Source of the DNA: Selaginella moellendorffii
Taxonomy: Eukaryota; Plantae; Lycopodiophyta
Direction: 5' to 3'
NCBI RefSeq assembly: GCF_000143415.4
Contig: NW_003314293.1
Coordinates: forward strand, 1,136,431-1,200,430
DNA: 64,000 nucleotides
The notes below the pieces were generated by a model. The model saw only the letters and a program-made list of their open reading frames with translations. It did not search any database and was not told the DNA's origin. The position numbers were made by a program, and so were the translations under genes. Below, piece by piece: positions 24,661 to 37,304 of this stretch; position 1 is the stretch's first letter, and every line of letters starts with the position of its first letter.

Positions 24661-25800
24661 TCCATCCAAGCTTATTAGATATCTTGAGACTCGACAGCTT
24701 GCGGGGACAATGTTCCAAATTATTAATGGTAATCACTGATATAGGGCTCAGATAAAGTGTATCGACAATCATTTTTACGATGATCCCGTATAACATATCA
24801 ACATTCCAGTTGGTCATATCTATGGAAGGGGACTTTTGGATGTCAACAGACTTATTTTGGCCTACCAAAAGATTAATGTGTAAGTTTTATAATTTTACCT
24901 CTAACTCCATTTTAACTTGTTTTGTCATGTTTAGATGTAGGCTTGGGCAGTTCACTGTTCAAAAGCAAAACTTTGTCCATGACATTGACTAATTTCAATT
25001 TTTGGCAAACTTGAGTGAGGATGACATCTGCCAACATTATGGTAATGTCTCACAACACTTGTTTGGCACTCACACACTCGATACAACTTGATATAACACC
25101 CAATCAATTTTATGCTCGCTATGTGGTGCAAGGTATGTCTTTCCCTTTCAATTTATAAGGGCCTGTTTTTATTGTTTTGATTTTTAGCCTTTGGTGAAAG
25201 TCAAGTAAGATGCTTACAAAGTTGCATATCTAGAGAAGAGTCGGGAAGAGCTCTCGGCTGAGTTTGTACAAATTGAGCATAAAATTTAGCATGCAAAGTC
25301 TTCAAAGTTGAAGAAATTAGTATGCATTACAAACAATCGTAGGCTGAAGGAGTGGCTAGAAGCTCTATTTCGTTAAAGTGGGAATTGTCATTATCCCACT
25401 TGTAAAATAAGGTTTCCAAACCTTTATATAGTATATAAATATAACAAAATTCAACTGCATTGAGGCACATGCCATTTTATTTTAAACAAGGAAATGTCTA
25501 CTCAATAATTCTCCTCCCCCTGCTACTGCTTCACCTCTCTCTTCTCCTTGTCATCGTCATCCAATTTCTTTCCATCCTTTTAATATTGGCTCAGTTGCTC
25601 CGAGTCTAGGTGGAGCCCAAGTCCCCATTCAATCTTTACTTTCCCCTTATTAATAACACAATTTCGTAGACTTCCAATAACATGCTATAACACTTCTAGT
25701 ATAATGCAAATCCTCTCAAAGAATTGTCTTTTAATATTAATACAATGGCATGGAACCCCATGCCATAATAAGTTACATTTTTAAATAAATACATGCCATC

Positions 25801-28800
25801 TCAGACTGTTATTTTTTGCCTCCAATGCCTATACAATAATCTTGGAATTTCATCACTCTCCACACTATCAGGATTTAAACCCAATAGTAATGCCATCTCT
25901 TCTCTAATACGTCCACGCTCATGTTCAGTGGTCGAAGAACCCATCCGGTTGAGCAGATTATGGAGATGCGGATAGTGCTTGGCTAGACAATATACATGCC
26001 ATAAATGATGACTGGTGTCTGTCCGATCAAATGGCTTTTGATATACCGTTCCATCTGCCATTTGGTTGATTTCTGCAGCCACCTCCTGGACTGGCCGGTT
26101 CTCTATCACCATCGCTTCAAGCCGTTTTGCAAGGTCCCCCAGAACATACGGTTTCTTCTCCCTAGTTTCCATACTGCAAGAGATGGGGTGCACTGCATAT
26201 GTGTGCGTGTTCGCTGCAGTTTTAATCGGCGAGTCATCGATGATGAGGATTTCACTTGACCTAGCAGTCCGGTTCATCACTACAGCCTCTGGCTTGACGA
26301 AGATGGGCTTGCTACCCCTCACATGGACCATAGTCAAGCAATCCTCCTGCGTTAGGAGAAAGTCAAATGGTAATATTACTCGCGTCTGATCGTGCATCAT
26401 CTGTAGCAACGTTAATGCATTGTGGCGCATCATGGATGTCCAAACTCCCAATTGCAAATTGAACCCGGCCCTCTGTTTTAAGTGTCGCATGGTCATTATT
26501 AGATCCCGCAGTTTCTCCCATGTGATTAATGTGAATCTGTCTCTTTTAACCAACTTGCGACTGCAGGCTTTGGAGGGTGCAGTGACATTCGAGGACGAGC
26601 CACGCTCATGGGAGAAAAGGACACCGTTCAGATCAAAAACGATACAGTACCTTCGCCGTGACTCTGAAATGAAATGCGTCAGCATAAAAAATGGTACAAG
26701 TCAATTTTACCATCTACAATATTAGCGAATGGTGCTCCCGATGGTCGTTTAGAGGGTTTTGGTCGAGGAAACGTGCAGGGCGGAAATACTCTCCTCTGCA
26801 ATGTGGGGTCAATCGCATCCGATGGCGTGTGGGCACATGCCATTTCAGCTGTAGACTCTGGTACAACTGGCTCAATAGTGGCATGGGGTGGTTCCGATGG
26901 CGTGTGATCACACGCCATTTCAGCTGGTGCCTCCGTTGGCAAAGTGGACATGACCGAACAGGCAGCAGGGGCGGTGTAGGGAGGTTGCAACGGCGCGTAG
27001 TCAGACGATTGGGCACACGTTGAGTCTGTTGGAAATGAGGATACGACCGGCTCGGCGGCTGGGGCGGCCTCATGCGGGTGCAATGGCGCCTGGTCACCGT
27101 CAGTTGGATACATGGACAAGATTGACTCAGTGGTATGGGCAGCATCAAGTGGAGCGTGGTCAGCTTGCTTGGCATTGATATGGATAGTAGCCTCCACCAG
27201 CTCTGATGACTCTTGCAGGCAAGTAGAGTCCACTGGCGGATCCATATGCATGTCCAAATATCTCCCTTCGATTGAGATGGTATCCTCCCTACTGGCTACT
27301 AAAAACAAACTCATTAGCACATTGAATCGACTATACTGTATTTACCATCAACTGCTATTGGGCGCACTGCTGATTCTGAAGGATTGGACCCTTGCTTGGC
27401 ACTATCCTTCCTCGATACTAAAGGCTAGAGTTTGTATCTTAATTCAACTGAATAATCTCTACTTACCATTTCTTCTGCGACCTACATGGACAATGTTAGA
27501 AATGGTAAAAGGTTAGGAATGGATGTACTATTATTTACCTGATGGTTTGTCTTGTATGACCTTCCTCCGCTACTCTTTGGCCACCTCAGGCTGCCCATCG
27601 TCGTCATCATCGTCATCGTCGTTATTGTGATCGTCACCATTGTGAGGACCATCCAAGTCCTCTTCGTCCTCCTCTTCTTCGTCCTCCTCTTCGTCCTTCT
27701 GCTCTTCCTACTCATTATCTTTCTCTGGCTCCTCATCCCCCTCCTGCATTTCTTCCATAGGCTGCTCAGGCTGGATGGCTTGTTTTTCAAGGACCATCTT
27801 GGGAAAATCATCTGGCCGAGTCTCCATCTCAAAATACAAGACATCCATAGCCTGTTTTAGTGCTTGACCTAGGACCGTATCCTCACCCGACTGTCTTAAC
27901 ATGGTTTCTGCACGTTCTTGCACCCTTCGAAGACGACGAGATGAGAAAGACGTGGACCTGACTTGAAAAGCATCCCTCACCCATTGTACCTCTCCATTGA
28001 GATTGGGGAAGGGGAGTCCGCCATAGGAATCTGAGTCAGGAGGTGGTGACTAGCTCCTTTCACTCAGCCCTTGATCTGCAATGAATGGCATGAGCACACA
28101 CGCCATAACCACGAGGCATTACCTATCATCTTTTCGTTGCCCTTCTTCCTTTTCGAATCAAACGCCTCTGATCCCGACGACTGTCCAACGTGCTTTCGCT
28201 TTTTATGACCACTGTCAGTTTGAGCTTGGCTGGTGCTTGCCTGTTTTGCCTTTGAAGAAGTGTCTCTTGCAAGGAATGGCATGAGACCACACGCCATTGC
28301 AAATATAATTTGTACCTCCTTTTTTCCTATTGCTTGTCTGTTTGTCCTTCTTTGACGCGCCACCAGTGCGCTTTTCAGTCCTCGTGTCTGAATATTCACA
28401 ACGATCTATAATCAAAATGGCGTGAGGCCTCACGTGACCTTACCTTGTGCAGGTTGTGAGCTCGGCCTAACATCAGTAGCGGTTAACGCCATTTCAGCAT
28501 CTGGGGGTGGCCACGCTCCTACATACAGAGCTTGTGAGATAACATTTAAACTTAAAGTGCGTACTCACCAGGTTCACAGAGAAGATACTGTTTTTCTTTG
28601 GCAACTGTAATTATATGCTCCATTGAAGTCACCTCTTCAATGGAGTTTGTCACCGCAACACACGGGACACCCTTGAGTAGTGCGGCTCGAAAGAATAGTC
28701 CGCCGCAGTTGTACTCGACAACGCATTTGCCCTTGGTGTCACCCGCTATTGCGTTGAAGACCCAGCTGAGCATTTCCCATGCTGCACCTGGAGCTTTCTC

Positions 28801-31352
28801 TAGATTCGAAAGCTCCATAGCCGTCTTCAGTTCCTCAGGCACGGGTAAATTGACCTCCCTAAGATCAATTCGATCGGCCTTGTCGAACGAAGCTGAGAAG
28901 TCACTCCAGTCCCACTCTGCTGTAGGACCAATAACAAGGGCGAGTGTGAAGATGTGGACATTCGTCGGTATCTTCTTCTTAGCCATTATCCCATGGATCT
29001 CCCGCATCTCCTTGCCTTTCAACCGAGCCTTCACCTCGTTCAAGGCTTTCCAGAACTTGTGATAGGATTCGGAGTCGTAGATCATATAGTGAACTGAAGA
29101 TTCCACCTTCGCAAGTCCCACCATTAAGTCAATGATGGAGCTGACTTCGTCTGCATGAGTGATCTCTTCGTTTGTGAAGTCCATCACACAAAAAATGTTC
29201 TTGACCTGCTCATCTCCGCGGGAAACGATGCTCCTCCACCTTTGATCCTCATCCGAATTCACGTATACCCGGTAAGGTTCTCGATAGGCCTCTGCTGCGG
29301 GGTCGAGCTGTTTCTGAAGCCGGCGGTCGACATCCCTCTTAATGAAATTTGGATACTGATCCAACTTCTCAGCTTTACTTTTCGTGGCATCCCGCAGCAG
29401 ATCCATGAACTTGGGGGCCCCCTTCACGTACTCGTCGATGTCTTCATTTGACAACTCCAGCTCTTCCATCATCTCTTGCGTGGTGTCGATGCTCACCCTC
29501 TCCACGGCCACTTGCTCGAAGATCCAATCCTTCAATAGCGCACGAGCTCTCAGAGTCGTGCACAAGTCCTCGTATGTCACAATATGGCCGAGAGTCATTT
29601 TGGTCTTGTTGAAGACTACCTCACCACGTAGAAGAGCATTAGCCACTGTCAGAAGGTCGTCGTCGTCTAGAGACCGCGAGAAACGCAAGGCGTTGAGCTT
29701 CAAATCATTGGGCTTCCGGCCGTCCTCCACACCCATTGAGTTTAGCAACTCCCCGTCATGGTACCTCCTCAGCACATCTACCCATTTGTCAAAAACAACT
29801 TTTGTCGTGAGTAGAATGTTATGGATGCTGAGTGTATCATTGACCCCCAGTGTTTTCGAGAGAAGACTCGAGAATTCCTGCAATGGAAATGGCGTGAGGC
29901 CACATGCTATGCCACATGCAACGAGGCTTACCTGCCAGGCGCTAGTTGCTAGTGCATGTCCTTGTCCTGGTTTTTGTGGCTTCTTCAGTTGAACCTAGAG
30001 CTTCCGTGTTCGTGCCAATGTCTCGTGCAGACCCGATTTGTAGCACGTTTCTTGCTTGACATTCTGCGCGTGGGAGATGGATATGATAGATCGGAGGGGC
30101 GAGTTGCCTTTTATCAGGCTGACAACTCTTGTCTTGAAGACTTTCTTCACCTCCTTGCCCACCATAATATCCAGAACTATCTCTTGCATCGCCAAGCTAG
30201 AATGCTGCCCGAAGATGGCATAGAACCGGATGTTCTAATCGTCCAACACCTTCCTATTGATCAAGTTTGGAAACCTCGTCTCGCCCTTCATTGTTTGGTA
30301 GTAGGGGATCATGTCTGCGATGTCGGGTGTTACTGGACTTGCCAGCATCTTCTGCTTCAGTTTCTCCACCCACTCATCAGATACTAGCCTGTGGTTGTAT
30401 TTGCTTTGGATGTCGATACGGCTCACGTCGATTGTATATACTTTGTTGGAATAGTAACAAGTACTATTATCTGCGACGATTTTTGCTGCCTCTTTTTGCT
30501 CTTTCTGCTCTTTGCCGCTCTTCTTTTTGGTGGGTGTAGTGTTCGAACCCGAGGCAATGGCATCACTGAGTAGCTTCTTTTTTGGAGCAGCAGAGTCGGA
30601 CGTCGGCTTGAGCTTGACCACCCTTTTCTGCTTCGGGGTAGTTTCCAGATCGACCCCCTTCCCCTTCGCTTCGCGAACTGGAGGCACTCTCAACGGCTCA
30701 ATGTTGGAATATAGTTTTTGAACATCGCCGTAGGTGAGGTCCGTGGATTCCATATGATCTTCATAGACCCGCAGCGTCTTCGAAATTGTGGGCCTCGTGG
30801 ACAACCTCTCCCTAGCTCCCTCTAGGAATTCCTCATAGCCGCTACCCCCCTCCGGGAAGCCGCTAGGATGTGCAAGGTGGATCTTGAAGGCGGACGCTAT
30901 CTCTACCACAAGTGCCAGTCCATATTCTTGCATGGAACTGCATGGAGTGTCTGTCACTTGGATGAGGATCCCCATGCATTCTTTTCTCCCACCATCTGTG
31001 TTGTACAGCATCAGATCCTCGCCTTCCATCCCGAAAGTCCAACTGGTGAGCTCCTCCCCCTTCTCTGCATCTACATTGACAGTGGCTGGAAGAAGAACGC
31101 AATTCCTCGCCTGTTTAGAAATGCACAACAATTAGAGCTGACAGATGAAAAACTAGCAGCTGGAAATAACGTGAGGCCACACGCCATTCACCACTGCATC
31201 AGATGTCTTGAGGCTGCATCCTAAGATGGCGTGAGGCTACACGCCATCTGTAACCGGACTGCACTCGAGAGCCCAATCGGTGCATGCCAATGTTGCTATT
31301 GAATGGCATGTGGCCTCATGCCATTTTCTACTTGGCCTAAAAGACTTACCAT
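25801..31352 (-). pseudogene. Transposon cargo gene, copy 2 (ParB-like / pseudo-MTase / linker / FCP1-HAD)
   Basis: ATG|gtaag at 31352-31348. The MTase-like exon (within ORF 28552-29883) is intact. The HAD exon is intact, with IVFDLNGVL, VWTS, KPIFVK and IIDDSPIKTAAN. Stops at 30235 and 29995. A 694-bp linker deletion at a CAAG microhomology lies near 28226. Confidence 0.75.
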
Positions 31353-34235
31353 TTGAAGCCAAATTGAGGCCGTGACAATCGAGGCCGGACTCACTGGCGA
31401 ATGTGCACTGTGTGTGCAGCGGATCGTAGCAGCAAGGCTACTCTGCCACTTACAGTTGGAGAGTGGCGCTGAAATCTCCCGGGACGCCAAGTGGGCTGCG
31501 TGTGGGTGGCGGAGTGGGCGGCGGAGTTGGTGGCGAAGTTACAAACTGGGTGTGTCTTGAAGTGGACGCCGATGCACACGAGCGCGATGCGAGCGCGAGT
31601 GTGATGCAAGCGCGAGTGGACGCCGATGCACACGAGAAACCTGTAGAGAAGTGAGCGTGATCGCGAGTGGGAGCGCGATGCGAGCGGGAGCGCGAGCGCG
31701 AGTACGAAGCAAAATGCAAAACCTAACCTCACACGCGCGAAATGTCACAACGGTTGGTAATCCCGCCACGTCATCATTCCTCGGACTTGGGCGCCACCAT
31801 TAATTTCTGGATTGCCGTGCCCATGCAAGCACGCAAAATCCAAAAGAAATCCGCAACGTCATCATTCCTCGGACTGCATGCATACGAAATCCAAAAGAAA
31901 GATCATGATTGGGATATCATTTAATACCCTCGCTATATTTATACCATGCATGATTGGATATTCCAAAGCATCTTGTATTTCCAAAAATGGCAGATATTCA
32001 GCTAAATAAAGAAATTCTATCTGTTTCTATTTTTCTCTCAAATCAATATTATAGCGTGTGGGCTCATGCAATTTTGAACCAAAGAAACCCAAAAAACGTT
32101 GGACCCAAAATATTTTGAAAAACCCAAAAAACCCTAAGCATTTTAAACCCAAAAATCCAGGCGTCCTGTGGCGTTATTCCTTGAATGGCATGTGGGCACA
32201 TGCCATTTTCAGGGCCAAATGCTGAATGGAGAAAAATTCTCTTTCAGTGCAAATGCTGCAAGAGGCAGATGCCAAGCACAAAGGACTGTAACTACCTCAC
32301 ATGACACAGATAAACTTTTCTCTATTTGGCAAAGATAAACTTTATAGCGTGTGGGCTCATGCAATTTTGAACCTAAAAAATGCACCAAAAAATTCTCGGC
32401 GTCATCTGGCGTTATCTCTTGAATGGCGTGGGGCCGCATGCCATTTTCAGGGGCACATAGGAGTATATTCTTAGGATATTCTGACACACGCGAGATTTTT
32501 TTGAGTTTTCTGGAGATCCAACCGTTAGATCGCAACTAGATTTTACAGAATGGTATACAATGTCTTTCTTGATGATCCTGAAAAGAAGCATCTCGATCGG
32601 ACACCACATGAAACCACACAAGCCTTACAATGTTTCAGGGGCATTTGCCATAGATCCGACTGTTATTTTGCTCCAAGATTCTACAGTTTGGTGTGCATTG
32701 ACCTTTCCATCGACACTGCAAAGGGACATCACAATCAGATGCGGGATCACAAGAAACTAACTTCACTAACTCTGGTTTCACCAAGATCTACGTAAGGAGT
32801 TATGAAATGAAAGGACCCTCTCTATTGAAATGTGTTTATGGTCCTAGGGGCATTGTGACATATCAAAGGATTTTGCATCAAGTTCTGTATTTGCATGTTT
32901 ATCAAGCTACTGAATTGCTAAACCCTAAACCCTAAACCCTAAACATGTGGCAAATGCTGCGTGAAGAAAGATGCCCTTTCTGGGCAAATGCTGTAAGAGG
33001 CAGATGCCGAGCAGATGTATCTCGGGCTAGCGAAGGGGACAAACGAAAGCTAGCTATAAACATGACGGGATGCAAATAGATTACTAGGCTGGTCCTGCGA
33101 AAATCAAAAACCATAATTTAAAACATTGAAAATGCAAAAAGAAAGGTTTATAATATTTTTGAATTTTAAGCAACCAAAGGAATGTAAGTAGGGCATGTGT
33201 TTGTAAGTTTAAAAATGCCTCAACCACTTAAATTCCCAAGTAAATAAAGCTGTTTCTATTTTTGGTATAGGTAAACTTTATAGCGTGTGGGCTCATGCAA
33301 TTTTGAACCCAAAAATGCACCAAAAAATGCTCGACTAGCATTATTCTTTGAATGGCGTGTGGCCTTATATTGCCATAAATGGACGTACACACACAGCATA
33401 ATTATTCCTTTACACGGCGAATAATCTTGGTGCGGATCGCTGACATGGCATGGCAAAGTTCGAATCACTGACATGGCACAACTGGATCGAGGCAAGGACA
33501 TGATGTGACAAAGTTCAACCTCCGACAGCAAAGTCTAGAAGCTACTCAATTTGAAATTTGTCAGAGGAGTCATAAGATCTGGTTTGTCAGAGGATTTGAT
33601 GTGACATTCAAGCGTGTGTTATTTTTGAATTCTCGAACTCATTCCTAGGTCTATCATTTTTGTGCGCCGTGTTCTTGGTTCCGCTGAGCGCAGCGAGCGC
33701 TGCTTGTGTAAGCGGCGTTGTGGGCTGTGGTTTATGCGTCTACGAGCGGTTGCGGCATTGCGAGCGCCATTGCGGGCGGCAGTTTATGCGAGTGGCAGTT
33801 TGTGCGAGCGGCGCTACGAACAGTTGCGGTGTTGCGAGCGGCACTACGAGTAGTTGCGGTGTTGCGAGTGGCACTGTCTTTGGTGTGGCTACCGTTTCCT
33901 CTTGATATTCGGCACTTGTGCTTCCTGGTATATTCACCATGGAATGGCTTAGGACCACATTTAGAAATGGCATGCCACATGCCATCTTAGGCCCTTGCAA
34001 TTTCATGGCTAGCGTATTGTCATGTATGTTTTTACTTGCCTGCAGCTGTGTGTATATCAAGATGGCATGAGGCCTCATGCCAATTTTGTGAATGCAAAAT
34101 TTCACGTGGGTGTCAATAGCATGTTTGAATAATGGCATGTGGCCTCATGCTATTGAGGTTATTTGGTATGTTATGATTTAGGACATTCTCCAATCATTTT
34201 TTATATGGTCTTAACTTCTTTTCTGCACTTTCAGA

Positions 34236-37200
34236 ATGGCCTTCAGGGTTGGGGAAAAGGTTTACATTTTGAATGGTGGGAAGAGAGTTGCAAAAGGGAC
34301 ACTTGTGTCTATGGATCGGAACTTTGTTATACACTGTCAAAGGCTTGGGGAAGGCAATGTTGCTGTATCAGTAGAGACTGTCTTCGATGGGAATGTGGTC
34401 GCTATTGAACGAGGAGAGATGGTTGTCGGGGTAAATGTTGTTGTTGCCTTAAAAAATCTTCAGAAGAAAACAGATGTTGGGGACAACGCAAGTGCGACGC
34501 ATGTTCCCTCCGTGGATCTTAAGAACCGTGCTACATGGATTCAGGCGAAGGTGTTTCTAAAAAACCCCGAGGGGGAGGTGGTAGCTGAGGGCTTAGCCAC
34601 AGTTGTCGATCCAAGAGATGCGGTTGCTAATCAAGAATTGGGCTCGGATGATATTGGAGTTGCGATTTTAGAGGTTGTTGACACAGAAGAAAACAGTCTG
34701 ACTATTAGAAGCATTGTGCGGTGGAAATTGAGGCACTTAGTGTTTGAGAATGTGAAGGATTCACAATCAAACACCACTACAACTGATGACAGAACATCTC
34801 TTCATGGGAAAAGAAAGTACACCTTCCTAAAGCACAACCAAAGGGATCTGAGCAACGAACCGAAAAGGCAGAAAATGGCGATGGAGGTTCGAATGGTCTC
34901 GACAGTTGCTTGTTGCAAGAGGAGGTGCTGTCAACATGCTGATTGGGATGCTATTGAAGAGGAGAGAGCAAGATACAAGACATTGTCCTGGAAGGCAGCT
35001 CGCAATTTTGTGTATGAGGCATTACGGTCATCTGTTGATGCTTCAGAACATCAGGTGGGGGGCATGGTCTTCCAGAGGGGTTTGGTCTGCATGAAGGCAT
35101 GGAGAATCATTTATGGAGTCCCTCGAACCACATTCTACAGAATCAAAACTGAGTTCGAGGAACAAAGGGTTCAACAGGCAGTCCATGGGAACGACGGTAC
35201 GCACAAAACTAGGGGTCATGTTGTATATGGAGAGGCAATCTTCAAGATGTTTGTCGAGACATGTAGCAAGAAACAACCACATAAAACCCACCTCTTGGAA
35301 GATGGAACATGAGACACCCAACGAGTTCTCCCTTCCATGTATACCAAGGGGGCCATATTGGAAGATGTGAATCGGGAACTCCAGAGTAATGGCTACAGGA
35401 AGCTGAGCCAATCTAGATTTAGTAGATTGTGGAGCAACAGGTTCAGGGATGTGAGTATAGGAAAGTACTCCAGCTTTTCAAAGTGTGACGAGTGCACTGC
35501 TATCAAAATGGCTTTGTCGAAGAATTCTTGCAGCGCTCAAGAGCGAGAGACGTTGGTTAGAAGGCGGCTCGACCACAACATCGAGCAGAGAAGCTGCAGG
35601 ACTGCATATTATCATAACAGGATTCTCTCCATGGAGAGACCTGACTCTTACCTCTGCATCATCCACGACAAAATGGACCAGAAAAAGATGTGCTTACCTC
35701 GACTCAATCCTGCCCCCAAGGCAATCTCTTCATCCATGCAGCTGCCTGTGTCTTTGTTTGGCATAATCGCTCATGGGCATGGTGCCCAGAACTATGGGAA
35801 CTTCTTTGTACCTCTATGGGGTGGCGGGGGTGCAAACATGATGATTGCGTCCCTAGCAAAACACTTAAGGTCTCTGCAAAGTGCGCAGACTGAGCTGAAT
35901 GGCCAACCCTTGCATAAGGCCCTTGTCGATCGAACCCCATACAGGGTTCAGCTGGAGGAGGAGCAAAGGCTTGCAGTATCGCGTGGGGCCCCATGCCATC
36001 CCAGTGAATATGTTGGCCGTCAGATTGTAGGGTTATCACGTGAGGCCTCATGCCATTCCGACGAGGCTGGTCGCCCGGTGAATGCACAGCCTCATCCAAA
36101 CGAAGCAGAATCTCAAGGAAGTTTTTGCGGCCGATGTGGCCTTCCACCCCATCTTCTGCTCCAAACAGACAATGCTGGCAGTGAGAACAAAAACATGTAC
36201 GTCTTCGCGTACTTGGCGATGCTTGTTGCCAAAGGCATATTTGAAACGGTTACACTTGGCTTTCTCATGGTTGGGCACACTCATGAAGACGTCGATGCCA
36301 TGTTCAGTCACCTGGCAGAGTCCCTCCGGCGATCCAATGTCCTCACCCTCCCACAACTCTACGATGAATTCCAAAATTGCATCAAAGGCACTGTTGAAGC
36401 TGCACTTCTGACAGAGGTTCCAGACTTTAAGGGGTTTGTAAGAGGCTACATCAGGGACGGATCCGAAATGCTGATTGGCCACTCCAAGCCTCTTCAGTTT
36501 CATTTCAGCATGTGTGACGGTGCTCCAGTGATGAGGTACAAGATGAGAGAATGGGACACAGTGTGGCTGCCAGTGGACGGCATTGAACTCTTCAAGAGAG
36601 ATCCCATAACTGGGGAACCTATGATTCCTCAGGGTTCCCCACGGCCGATGCACCCGGATGGACTCAAAGACCAGGAAAGTATAGTGGCCGGGATTAGACA
36701 GCATATTGCCTTCTGGAAGAGGGGGTTGGTGTTTGGTGGAGAATCCTATTTTCAGAGGTGCAAGCCTTTGTTCGAATACTGGGAGAAGATTATATCTGCT
36801 ATCCAAAATGGGCCGGTTGTATATGAAGAATTGGAAGAGTCCTTTTGGCCAGAACCCAGAGCACCAGATAGTAGCGGAACAATGTCCTCTGGAAATGCAG
36901 TGACAGATAACGATGTTGAGGATCACTATTGTGGGCTGAGGAACAAGAAGCCGGATTCAGCATTCAATCCAGTACAGGTCTACAAAGGAATGGTCGTGCT
37001 TGTCAGACCCAGTAATAAAAAACAAATGATATGGGTGGGGCGCTGCATCACTGATGCAAAGGAGGACGCGGAAACTAACTCCTTCAATGTAACTGTGGAG
37101 TGGTTCAAGCCAAGTTCTGGATATACGAAGGATTGCCTAGAAAAGAGATGGGTGCTGAATCCAAGGGATCCCAGCATGAGCATATCGGTGGATAATGTTG

Positions 37201-37304
37201 TGCATGGTTGGATGTGGAAGCAGAGTGCCACCATCACCTTGCCAGACCATGCAAGAGATGCAGCAAGAGCATTCATAACCCGGGTTCAAGGTGAGATTCA
37301 TTAA
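34236..37304 (+). pseudogene. Sola1-like DDD transposase, ~1,022 aa, with one in-frame TGA at 35310-35312
   Basis: ORFs 34236-35312 and 35337-37304 are in the same frame. Motifs FSKCDEC, IIHDKMDQ, LQTDNAGSENKN and FLMVGHTHEDVDAMF. The 4-bp TSD is consistent with the Sola superfamily. Confidence 0.8.
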
